A DNA stretch of 64,000 nt from Myxococcota bacterium (lineage in GTDB: Bacteria; Myxococcota_A; SURF-8). Of this stretch, positions 50,575 to 59,287 are shown piece by piece. Each line of letters starts with the position of its first letter. Position 1 is the first letter of the stretch. The notes below the pieces were generated by a model that saw only the letters and a list, made by a program, of their open reading frames with translations, ran no database searches and had not been told where the DNA came from. The DNA is taken from assembly GCA_963674735.2 (NCBI GenBank), contig CAXXQS010000001.1:1440001-1504000 (forward strand), written 5' to 3'. Position numbers and translations under genes: made by a program.

Positions 50575-51765
50575 ATGCATGTATTTTCGGTACGTTTGTC
50601 GGTTTCGATTCTCGTTTCGCTGTTGATCGTTGCTCTTGCGCCCTTTTCGGCTTTGGCGCAATCGGATAACCGCACCGAAAAAATGGCTCCGCAGGCCTCC
50701 GGGGGCGGGAGCTTCGACGAAGATCCGGACGACGCATCGTCTCCAGCGGCCGTCGTCGTGCCTCCGATCGCCGAAGCGGAAGAAACTCCGTCTCCTGAAC
50801 TCATTCCCGAACCCGAAGAAATCCCAACTCCCGAATCCGTGGCAGAACCGGCAACCGACGTCCTGCCGCCCTGCCCCGATTGCCCGGCGGGATGTTTACC
50901 CAGAGTTCTGATTGAAAGCTTCAAAAAAGGTCGTCTTATCACGGAAAACAACTGCCCCGCTGGTTGTGTCCCCTTCGAGTTCGTCAAAGCACTGCACGAT
51001 AAGCCCGCCTGTACGCAGGAGTCCGCAACCAAATCCGCAAGCCCCCCTCCAAAGCCGGACTCAACCGACGCCATCCGATTGGTCGAAAAGACGCGCAACC
51101 GAATGATTCTCAATCAAACGGCGATTGCTCTCGACAAAGGCGAATACCAGATCGTCACGTATGCCTTCGGCGCCTGGATGCTTCAATACGGCATCACCGA
51201 CGCATTTGAATTCGATTTTCGCGTCAACCTGCCCGTTCTGAATTACGGATTCTCCCCCGGCTTGCGCTATCGGAAAGCCGTGTCCGAGCATTTACACCTG
51301 GGTTTCGGCGGGTCGATCTGGTACGACGCCAGCTACATCGACAATGTAACCGGTCGTTTTCATTTGAATTTCGATGCCCAGATGACCTATCAGATCAAAA
51401 TGCTGTCGTTTAACCTCGGTTTTTGGTTCCTGCAACCATTGTTTACACATCGCAGCGGTGGCGACCACGGCGAAAGTTTCGACAATTACCACCTCCTCGC
51501 CTTCAGCCCCGGTCTTCGTTTGGAAGTCCACAAAATCTGGTCGGTACAAACTGAGTTCATCTTTCCCCTGCTGCTTAACAAAGATAACGGGGGAGTGAGA
51601 GTCGATGAATTCATGGTGCTCATCTTATATGGCGCTCGCGTTCATGGCGATCTGCTTTACGGGGACTTCGGTTTCATTTTTCCGGTGTGGGACAGTTTCA
51701 CGGACAACTTGTGGAAGTATATGCCGCTTGGCATTCCCTACTTCTCGCTTGGATTCAGTTTCTAA
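50575..51765 (+). CDS. Secreted protein with Pro/Glu-rich linker, small Cys domain and probable C-terminal outer-membrane beta-barrel
   Basis: Signal peptide ending ALA; PEPEEIPTPE linker; CPDCPAGC...CPAGC; alternating beta-strand pattern ending FSLGFSF. Confidence 0.7.
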   Translation: MHVFSVRLSVSILVSLLIVALAPFSALAQSDNRTEKMAPQASGGGSFDEDPDDASSPAAVVVPPIAEAEETPSPELIPEPEEIPTPESVAEPATDVLPPCPDCPAGCLPRVLIESFKKGRLITENNCPAGCVPFEFVKALHDKPACTQESATKSASPPPKPDSTDAIRLVEKTRNRMILNQTAIALDKGEYQIVTYAFGAWMLQYGITDAFEFDFRVNLPVLNYGFSPGLRYRKAVSEHLHLGFGGSIWYDASYIDNVTGRFHLNFDAQMTYQIKMLSFNLGFWFLQPLFTHRSGGDHGESFDNYHLLAFSPGLRLEVHKIWSVQTEFIFPLLLNKDNGGVRVDEFMVLILYGARVHGDLLYGDFGFIFPVWDSFTDNLWKYMPLGIPYFSLGFSF

Positions 51766-52590
51766 GCGCAACCCGCTGGTTGAATTCGGGCAGGCTTCCG
51801 ATATTACCGCTCGTCGCCTTTTTCGTCCAATGCGCTCGATGCGTTTAATGCGCCGGGGGCTTTTCACGTCCAGTTTCCCAGTATTCCGGAGGGTTTGCTA
51901 GGACTGCCGTAATACGTCACATGAAAACCCACTTTTTGCAATTACGTCTCGATGTGCACACCTTCAGGAGGACTCGTTTCACTCTGTTAATTTCCTGGAT
52001 TATCTCGTTATGACAGGTAGTTATCCATCCCCTAACCCAGACCTCCAAGAGGTGCATCATCGGCACAATATTAAGCCTTAATATTTGTATTTAACTCTTT
52101 AAGAACTACAGTCAGTATATTATACTTTCTATCCCGCCCCACCCTTCTGCACCTACTCTCTTATCTCGTTGATATTATGATGCTTTTTCCATTTCAACGA
52201 TTCAGCCTCGACATGTCTTCGACAATTCGGACGATATGCTGAATTACCTCTTTATAATCAAGTACATACACAGCACTAGCTCAGACCTTCCTGTTGGTTC
52301 AGCATCCCCTGCCAAGACATTGCCTATCCCGATTATAGCTGTATTTTCTTTGGGTTGCGACTCGACGCGCCCCGAAATATGGCCGTTCAAGCACCAGGCT
52401 CCCTTTGGCTCATTCGTACTTCATGCTTGCGCGCATTAGTGCTCATCTTTGAATTATTTGTCATTCAGGCTCTGCCGCACCACCTTTTTGTCGATCAACG
52501 GCGATTGCGCCGCATGCGCGTTTCGGTCCGTTTGCCGCGATACGCGAATGAGTGACTTGGACTATGAACGTTTTCGGGCGAGATCTCGAT

Positions 52591-53316
52591 TCAGGCCGGT
52601 AACGGTCGACCGTCGAAGATGGCTTGCGGGTTGCTGGTCAGCAGACGCTCGGCTTCGCGCTCTCCCTGCCATTCGTGCAGCTTATTCACCGCTTCTTTCA
52701 ACAACTTAGTCGCCTGTTGCGGCTTGTGCAGGTCACTCGATATCAGGTCGATCAACCCGTGATCGAGCAATTTTTTCAGATTTCGGCGCCGCGAACTGCC
52801 CCACATCCCGGACAAGGGCGACAAGGTGCCCTGCATCAGCATGCCCGCATCATGCAATAGCTCCATATAATCAAGGTCTTCCGCGAAATGATAGCGTTCG
52901 GGGTGCGCCATAATGGGCGTAATGCCTTGCACCTTCAGCTCGAAAATATTTTCGCGCAGCCGCATGGGTTTGTTGGCGGAAACGAATTCGATCAGCACAT
53001 AACGGCGCTCGTCGCCGAAGGTTAAAAGGCGCGTCGGATCGGCCAGCCGCGCCAGAAACATCTCGTCGTAGAAATACTCGGCAGACAGTTGTAATTGCAA
53101 AGGAATATCGTTTGCCCGCAAGGCTTCCAAGGCGCTTTCGAAGGCCGCTCGGCTGCGCGTTTCATCGTTGCCGAACATGTCCCCGCGAATGTGCGGCGTG
53201 GCCGCGACGGCCTTGAAACCATGCGCGACATACGCCTGCGCCATGCGCAAAGTGGCGTCGAGATCGGCCGCGCCATCGTCGATGCCGGGCAAAATGTGGG
53301 AGTGAAGATCCACCAT
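52591..53316 (-). CDS. CpsB/CapC/YwqE-family PHP tyrosine-protein phosphatase
   Basis: DLHSHILPGIDDGA, ATPH, AHPERY and SSDLH. Confidence 0.92.
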   Translation of the reverse strand: MVDLHSHILPGIDDGAADLDATLRMAQAYVAHGFKAVAATPHIRGDMFGNDETRSRAAFESALEALRANDIPLQLQLSAEYFYDEMFLARLADPTRLLTFGDERRYVLIEFVSANKPMRLRENIFELKVQGITPIMAHPERYHFAEDLDYMELLHDAGMLMQGTLSPLSGMWGSSRRRNLKKLLDHGLIDLISSDLHKPQQATKLLKEAVNKLHEWQGEREAERLLTSNPQAIFDGRPLPA

Positions 53317-53383
53317 GAAACGCTTGCCTTATTTCGGCGGGTGGTGTATACCCGTTTGACGTTCCTTAATCACGTGGTGTTTG

Positions 53384-53674
53384 ATGTCTCGACAACCTGT
53401 TAATATTCCAGCTATTTTTTGCATGCTCGCGCTGGTCGTCGCGCTTTTGGCCACCGCCTGCGGCGACTACAAACCATGCGACATTTTGGCAAAACGCATC
53501 TGTACCGAATGCCCCTCGGTCGCCGACGACTGGCAGGCCGCCTGCCTGTGCATCGAGAACAAAACCTACAAGGAAAAAGGCTACAAATGTCTGGAATCCA
53601 CCGAGGATGACGACATTCGTTGTAACGCCACGCTCGAAGCCTGGGACGACAGCACCTGCGATCAACTCAACTAA
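53384..53674 (+). CDS. Small Cys-rich lipoprotein
   Basis: Lipobox ATAC followed by ~70 residues containing 8 further Cys. Confidence 0.7.
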   Translation: MSRQPVNIPAIFCMLALVVALLATACGDYKPCDILAKRICTECPSVADDWQAACLCIENKTYKEKGYKCLESTEDDDIRCNATLEAWDDSTCDQLN

Positions 53675-53695
53675 TCACATTCTAAATATTTGATA

Positions 53696-54601
53696 CTATT
53701 CACTTTTCTTTTCAGCCGCCACACGCTGGGCTTCGATCTGCTGGCTCACCCATTTGATTTTCTGCTGGGCCGCCAGGCGTGTCCAATATCCGAGCTGATC
53801 CTGCGGCAACCCCTTCAAGTAATTCAGCGCCTCGTCGTAGCGCTTCGCCCCGATATAGGCTTCAGCGACTTCCAAACGCGCCTTGTCCGACGGCTCTTTT
53901 TCGATTCCAGCCGCGACGGCCTCCTTCAAACTTTCGATACCTTCATCGTTCCGTTTGAGTTTCAATAGGCTCAACCCACGGTAATAACTCAACATTCCCG
54001 AGTAATCCGACTTATCCAGAAAGTCTTTCGAAAGGCCGAATTCCTGCACGGCGCTCTTGTAACCGCCGATGCGCCATTGCTGAACGCCCTGGTCGTAGTG
54101 CTTACGCGCCAATTCCTCGCGAAAGACGCCGATTTTTTCTTCCAACAGCCGAAACGCCACCTCGCTCAGCTTTTCCCGATTGAGCTTCTTGAACTCGACA
54201 ACCGCGTTTTCCTTGTCTTTTTCTTGTATGAGTTTATATACACCCATGGCGCTTTTACGCATCGCCTCGCGACTGTCCAACTCCAGTTTCGTCGCCGCGG
54301 CGTTCGCGCTCACCCGTTGCAACTCGCTTTGCAAACCCTCGATTTCGTCGTTGAGCGACGATCCTTGCAAGCTTAGAAGCAGGTAAAAAGCCACGCCGAT
54401 CACCACGGCAAACAGCGCGTAAACGCCGATTCCATTGACACGCGCCTTTTGCTCGGCTTGTTTTTGGTTGGCGTCCACCTTCTTCATTTCGGCGAAGATC
54501 GAACGCATGTTGTTATCGGTTTTAATGGTGAGATTTCGCGCCTCAACCACCTCTTTTTTAACCTCTTTCATCTCATGGATAAGAGTTTCAATCTCGTTCA
54601 C
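53696..54601 (-). CDS. Membrane-anchored coiled-coil/TPR protein
   Basis: Cytoplasmic coiled coil, one TM helix, second coiled coil and TPR-like helices (YYRGLSLLKL); GTG start after GGGAGG. Confidence 0.75.
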   Translation of the reverse strand: MNEIETLIHEMKEVKKEVVEARNLTIKTDNNMRSIFAEMKKVDANQKQAEQKARVNGIGVYALFAVVIGVAFYLLLSLQGSSLNDEIEGLQSELQRVSANAAATKLELDSREAMRKSAMGVYKLIQEKDKENAVVEFKKLNREKLSEVAFRLLEEKIGVFREELARKHYDQGVQQWRIGGYKSAVQEFGLSKDFLDKSDYSGMLSYYRGLSLLKLKRNDEGIESLKEAVAAGIEKEPSDKARLEVAEAYIGAKRYDEALNYLKGLPQDQLGYWTRLAAQQKIKWVSQQIEAQRVAAEKKSE

Positions 54602-54767
54602 GGCTACCTCCCGCTTGTTCTCACGATGAAATCGACGTGCTAGGCTAACCGAATCGCGGCCCGCAAGCAAGGTTAAAGTACACGCCTTGCGCCGCATTTC
54701 GCTTGCCGAAGAAACGCGACCATGCTATAGCCAAAAAACGGCTTTTTCCACCACCAAAGGACGCCCG

Positions 54768-55436
54768 ATGAAAATCGTCACCCCATCCGTGCGCATCGAA
54801 ACACCCGAAGATCACATCAAGCAATTCATGCGCATGATCGTCGAGGACGGTCGCGTGTGCCACCCCTTGAAAACCGGCGAAAACCCGGATGATTACGCGG
54901 CTTTCGTTAAAACCTACCTCATCGAGCTGGGCCACGAATCGGTGCTCGAACATGCCGTGATCACCGCCCGCTTCATCTGCGACCGCTCCGCCTCGCACCA
55001 GTTGGTGCGCCACCGCATCGGGGCCTTTTCGCAGGAATCGCAACGCATCAGCGACTACTCGCAAGACGGCATCTCGGTCATTTGTCCGCCTTCCGTGCGC
55101 GAATCGGAAACGGCTTTCGACGCATGGAAAAAGGCCGTCGAGCACATCGAGGGCGTTTACAAATCCCTGATCGCCAACGGCATTCCGCCCGAAGATGCCC
55201 GTTCGGTGCTGCCAAATTGCACCAAAACCGAAATCGTGGCGACCTTCAACCTACGCCAGTGGCGACACATTTTCATGCAGCGCGCCTTGAATCCACGCGC
55301 CCAGTGGCAAATTCGCATGCTCATGACCGACCTGCTCAAAGAAATGACGCGCCTTTTGCCCGCCGTTTTCGAAGACCTGCAGCAGAAAATCCTCTACAAG
55401 CTCGTCTTCGATCCGCCCGAAACCTGGAAGGAATAA
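54768..55436 (+). CDS. thyX: FAD-dependent thymidylate synthase
   Basis: GHESVLEH, RSASHQLVRHRIGAFSQESQR signature, EDARSVLP and AQWQIR. Confidence 0.93.
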   Translation: MKIVTPSVRIETPEDHIKQFMRMIVEDGRVCHPLKTGENPDDYAAFVKTYLIELGHESVLEHAVITARFICDRSASHQLVRHRIGAFSQESQRISDYSQDGISVICPPSVRESETAFDAWKKAVEHIEGVYKSLIANGIPPEDARSVLPNCTKTEIVATFNLRQWRHIFMQRALNPRAQWQIRMLMTDLLKEMTRLLPAVFEDLQQKILYKLVFDPPETWKE

Positions 55437-55445
55437 CACTGCGGG

Positions 55446-56744
55446 TCAGTCCTCCATGCCGCCTTCCAGATAGCGACTGTAGGCCGCCATATCGAAGTGG
55501 CCATGCCCGGAAAGATTGAACAGAATCACCCGTTCCCGTCCTTCCAGCTTCGCCCGTTCGGCCTCGACGATCGCCGCCCGAATCGCATGCGCCGATTCCG
55601 GAGCCGGGATCACGCCCTCGGCCCGCGCGAAGGTCAGCGCCGCGTCGAAGACCTCTTTCTGGCCCAGCGCCGTCGCTTCGATCAACCCATGATGCAACAG
55701 GTGGCTCACGATCGGCGCCGCGCCATGATAGCGTAAACCGCCCGCATGTATCGACGGCGGGACGAAGTCACACCCCAATGTGTACATCTTCAAAAGCGGC
55801 GTCATGCCTCCCGTATCCCCGAAATCATAGCGGAATTCGCCTTCGGTGAGCGTCGGACACGAACGCGGTTCGGCCGCGACAAAGCGCACGTCACGACCAT
55901 TCAGCTTGTCGCGTAAAAACGGCAGCACGATCCCCGCGAAGTTCGACCCGCCGCCGTGACAGCCGATCACCACATCGGGGTAATCCCCGGCCAACTCCAT
56001 CTGTTTTTGCGCTTCAAGCCCGATCACGGTCTGATGTAAAATAACGTGATTCAACACCGACCCCAACGCATATTTACTGCCCGGCGTTCCCACCGCATCC
56101 TCGATTGCCTCGCTGATGGCCATGCCCAAACTCCCGCTGGTATCGGGCTTTTCCGCCCGTATCCGTTTGCCGATCTGCGTTTTATCGGATGGACTGGCGC
56201 AGATATCGCCACCGAAGGTCTCGACCACGGCACGTCGATAGGGCTTTTGATCGAAGCTGACGCGCACCATATACACCACCACATCCAAACCGAGAAACGT
56301 CCCGGCCATCGACAACGCCGTTCCCCACTGCCCCGCACCGGTTTCCGTCACCAAACGCCCGATGCCCGCTTGTTTGTTGTAGTAAGCCTGAGCGATAGCC
56401 GTGTTGAGTTTGTGACTGCCCGCCGGGCTTGCGCCTTCGTTTTTGTAATAAATCCGGGCCGGTGTTCCCAAGGCCTTTTCCAAGCGGCGCGCGCGGATCA
56501 GCGGCGTCGCCCGGTACAACGCATAGACGTCGCGCACCTCGTCCGGGATGGGAATTTCCGCCTGTACACTGACTTCCTGCTCGATCAACCCCATCGGGAA
56601 AATCGCCTCCATCTTGCCCGGATCGAGCGGTTCGCGTGTCTGCGGATCCAAAGGCGGCGCCAACGCCTGTGGAAGAAGCGGCAGGATGTTCAGATAGTGG
56701 CGCGGAAGGTCGTCATCGTGCAACAGATACTTGATGGTTTGCAT
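55446..56744 (-). CDS. trpB2: Tryptophan synthase beta chain, type 2 (TrpB2)
   Basis: SPAGSHKLNTA (PLP lysine), TETGAGQWG, GSLGMAISEA, GGGSNF, IHAGGLRYHG and FNLSGHGHFD. Confidence 0.95.
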   Translation of the reverse strand: MQTIKYLLHDDDLPRHYLNILPLLPQALAPPLDPQTREPLDPGKMEAIFPMGLIEQEVSVQAEIPIPDEVRDVYALYRATPLIRARRLEKALGTPARIYYKNEGASPAGSHKLNTAIAQAYYNKQAGIGRLVTETGAGQWGTALSMAGTFLGLDVVVYMVRVSFDQKPYRRAVVETFGGDICASPSDKTQIGKRIRAEKPDTSGSLGMAISEAIEDAVGTPGSKYALGSVLNHVILHQTVIGLEAQKQMELAGDYPDVVIGCHGGGSNFAGIVLPFLRDKLNGRDVRFVAAEPRSCPTLTEGEFRYDFGDTGGMTPLLKMYTLGCDFVPPSIHAGGLRYHGAAPIVSHLLHHGLIEATALGQKEVFDAALTFARAEGVIPAPESAHAIRAAIVEAERAKLEGRERVILFNLSGHGHFDMAAYSRYLEGGMED

Positions 56745-56775
56745 TACGCATCTCCTTGTCGTCGCTCCGGAAACG

Positions 56776-56805
56776 AAAAAAGCCCACCGACATGCGGTGA
56801 GCTTT
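56776..56805 (-). terminator. Attenuator terminator upstream of trpB2
   Basis: Minus strand AAAGCUCACCG-caugu-CGGUGGGCUUU-UUU. Confidence 0.85.
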
Positions 56806-56834
56806 CGTTGAACCGGATAGGTTATCAGGTCACA

Positions 56835-56921
56835 CTAAGCGCCACCGCAGGCAAAGATCCCCCACCACCAATTGGTGTTGTTCGTCAGAGCCGCCGTGAT
56901 GTTCAGTGCCGTCGTTCTCAT
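56835..56921 (-). CDS. trpL: Trp attenuation leader peptide (TrpL-like), MRTTALNITAALTNNTNWWWGIFACGGA
   Basis: Translated by hand; ATG at 56921, three tandem TGG codons at 56870-56862, TAG at 56837-56835; below the ORF-track length cutoff. Confidence 0.85.
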   Translation of the reverse strand: MRTTALNITAALTNNTNWWWGIFACGGA

Positions 56922-56927
56922 ACTTTT

Positions 56928-56956
56928 ACTCTAACCAATCACCCGCCGCCTGGCAA
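56928..56956 (-). promoter_or_regulatory. Sigma70-like promoter of the trpL-trpB2 transcript
   Basis: Minus strand TTGCCA, 17 nt, TAGAGT, then 6 nt to the leader ATG. Confidence 0.65.
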
Positions 56957-56970
56957 GCGAAATCACACCG

Positions 56971-59106
56971 TCAGCGATGATTGGCCGACCAGGCCTCAAG
57001 CAGGTTCCCCAAATCGCCGCCGAACGCCTGCTGCAGCGCCTGATTGGGTTTTTCTCCCGCCGCGATGTTGCCGGCTGCCAGCCGTAGTCCGCTCATCTGG
57101 TAATTCTCGATTAAAAAACCCACCAGCGAGGTCGCCTGGGCCAAACTCGCCCCGCCACCTTCGTCGATACTTTCAAGCCACAACTCCGGATCCGGCTTTT
57201 GCGGAAGCTTGCCCAGCTTCGGCTCGAATTCGTAAACCCCCGGATGCAATTGCGCCATCACATACAAGCCGAAACCGCGTTCCATCCAGGCCGGTAAAGC
57301 ATGTTCGCCCCACCCTTTCAAAATGCAGCGCGCCATCATGGCAACCAGCATCGGACGCAAGCGCGGATCATCCGGTTCGATTCCACCTACCGGAACCGTC
57401 ATGCGTCCGCGCGTACTCGCCGTCAGCATTCCGAAACTGCGCACCGCCGGAGCGAAGGCCCGCGCACCATCGAAGTCGATCCGCGATTGGCGGGAGGGAA
57501 AATGCCCGATCAGCATGCCGATGCGCGACAAGTCACTCTCGCATTGCCCCGCCAGTTTTTCCAAAACGGCGGCATCGCCCCAACCCCGCGAACGCAGATG
57601 AAGCAGGCCATCGGCCGTCTTGAATTCGACCAGCGTCAGTTCCGCCGCATCGCTCTCCGGTTCAACGGCCTCCGGCGCTTTCGCTTCCGCAGCGGCCGTT
57701 TTCGCAACGGGAACGTTCTCTGCAGGCTTCGACCCAGGCGTCGGGCCTCCCAGCGCCGCCCAAACGATAACCGCCAGCAGCACGACCGCGCCCGCCAACG
57801 CCCCCAACATCCAGCGACGCGAATGCCCGTTGGAGCTTTTCTCCGGTTTTGGCCGGACACGACCGGCATCATGCTCGACATGTCCACCGAAGCTGCGATT
57901 GATCGTAAGTGTCGGGCGGCTGGTTTCCGGTCGTTCCTTCTTCACGGCGCTTTGTTTCAGCTCGATCACGGCGCCCATGGCAAACAGTCGGTTACGAAAT
58001 TGCTTGGCCTTTTCCTGCTCGATTCGCGTGGCCAGGATAACCGGCGTTTTCTTCAGAAGCTGCAGGATCGTCGCACGCGGCTTCGTCGTCGTGCGCACCA
58101 TGTAATCCGCCACCCGCTCCATCGCCTGCGGCTCGGAAAAACCGTTCAGGTGCACCGAATAAAACACCACTTCCTTCTCGGGCGGCTCGAAACGCTGCTG
58201 ACAGCGCGAACACTGCTGTTCCGCTCCCACCCGCGACACCACCGCGCAATTCTCGCAATAACTCCACTCACTGACCGCAAACTCGGGGCTGACCGTCGCG
58301 ATTCGCCCCAGCCGTTCCAATAACTCATCGTAATCGCGAAAGCGGTCCGCAGGCGACTTGGCCATCATGCGTTCCACCAGTTGCGCCAACTCCTCGGGCA
58401 AATCGGGATTCCCCGCCCGCAGGTTCGGCACCGGCTCTTGCACGTGCTTCATCAAGACGCCCATCGGATTTTCGGCCTGATAGGGCACCGCTCCCGATAG
58501 CAACTCGAAAAACGTCACCCCCAGCGAATACATGTCCGAGCGCAAATCCGCCGATTCGCCTTTGGCCTGTTCCGGGCTGATATAATTCGGAGTTCCCAAC
58601 GCGAAACCGGTGCGCGTCAGCGACGAATCGCTCTCCTGCACCTTGGCCAATCCGAAATCCACCAATTTCGTGTTTCCCGATTCCTCGATCATGATGTTGC
58701 CGGGCTTCACATCACGGTGCAAAATCCCGTTGTCACTAGCGAATTTCAACGCCGATGCGGTTTGAATCATGATGTCGAGCAGATCCTGCCCCTTCACCAC
58801 CATCCGGTCGTGCACCAGATCGCCCAACGCCCGACCGTCGATATATTCCATCGCGTAAAAAGGCAAGTCGTCTTCGGTTCGCCCGATAAAGAAAACATGG
58901 GCGATGTTCGGATGCTTCAAGTTGGCCGCCGCACGCGCTTCCCGTTCGAAGCGCGCCAGGTTCTCTTCGTCGCTCACGATCGCCGGAGATAAAACCTTGA
59001 TGGCCACCTTCATCGCGAGGCTTTCGTCCAGCCCCTCATAAACGCTACCCATCGCACCTTCGCCAAGTTTTTTCGAAATCTTGTAATGCGCAATACGTTT
59101 ATACAT
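56971..59106 (-). CDS. Membrane Ser/Thr kinase with Zn-ribbon, L7/L12-CTD-like domain, TM helix and degenerate peptidase-like extracytoplasmic domain
   Basis: LGEGAMGSVY, VAIK, HRDVKPGN, DFG and GTPNYISPE; CENC...CSRC; TM WMLGALAGAVVLLAVIVWAALG; start at ATG 59106 after GGGAGG. Confidence 0.9.
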   Translation of the reverse strand: MYKRIAHYKISKKLGEGAMGSVYEGLDESLAMKVAIKVLSPAIVSDEENLARFEREARAAANLKHPNIAHVFFIGRTEDDLPFYAMEYIDGRALGDLVHDRMVVKGQDLLDIMIQTASALKFASDNGILHRDVKPGNIMIEESGNTKLVDFGLAKVQESDSSLTRTGFALGTPNYISPEQAKGESADLRSDMYSLGVTFFELLSGAVPYQAENPMGVLMKHVQEPVPNLRAGNPDLPEELAQLVERMMAKSPADRFRDYDELLERLGRIATVSPEFAVSEWSYCENCAVVSRVGAEQQCSRCQQRFEPPEKEVVFYSVHLNGFSEPQAMERVADYMVRTTTKPRATILQLLKKTPVILATRIEQEKAKQFRNRLFAMGAVIELKQSAVKKERPETSRPTLTINRSFGGHVEHDAGRVRPKPEKSSNGHSRRWMLGALAGAVVLLAVIVWAALGGPTPGSKPAENVPVAKTAAAEAKAPEAVEPESDAAELTLVEFKTADGLLHLRSRGWGDAAVLEKLAGQCESDLSRIGMLIGHFPSRQSRIDFDGARAFAPAVRSFGMLTASTRGRMTVPVGGIEPDDPRLRPMLVAMMARCILKGWGEHALPAWMERGFGLYVMAQLHPGVYEFEPKLGKLPQKPDPELWLESIDEGGGASLAQATSLVGFLIENYQMSGLRLAAGNIAAGEKPNQALQQAFGGDLGNLLEAWSANHR

Positions 59107-59243
59107 TCGGCCAACCTCCCGCAATCAACCGCTCTTCCCAACTCATCCGCCAACGGTGTCCGGTCAACCTCACAGGTCCGTCGCAAAACAGCCCGACTCG
59201 TCCGATGGTGACTTGGCGATATGTTGAATGTCCTTCGCCTCCC

Positions 59244-59271
59244 AGTTTAGTCCATCCCCGCCGCTTGTCAA
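59244..59271 (-). promoter_or_regulatory. Sigma70-like promoter for the kinase gene
   Basis: Minus strand TTGACA, 16 nt, TAAACT. Confidence 0.5.
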
Positions 59272-59287
59272 ATTCCCCGCAGCGAGC

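Noticed and set aside
52103-52130. dif (XerCD) site suggested by AGTATA-TTATACTTTCT
   Set aside because: The XerD-like arm matches TTATGTTAAAT at only 6 of 11 positions and the XerC-like arm does not match.
51766-52590. Replication origin (oriC)
   Set aside because: Only one weak DnaA-box-like sequence (TTATCCATC) is present, and there is no dnaA/dnaN/gidA context.
56046-57623. Long alternative-frame ORFs (56046..57623 +, 45061..46200 -, 59099..60388 -, 48351..49343 -, 41998..43035 +, 35838..36788 -)
   Set aside because: They overlap well-supported genes, have no recognisable motifs and are expected shadow ORFs in GC-rich DNA.
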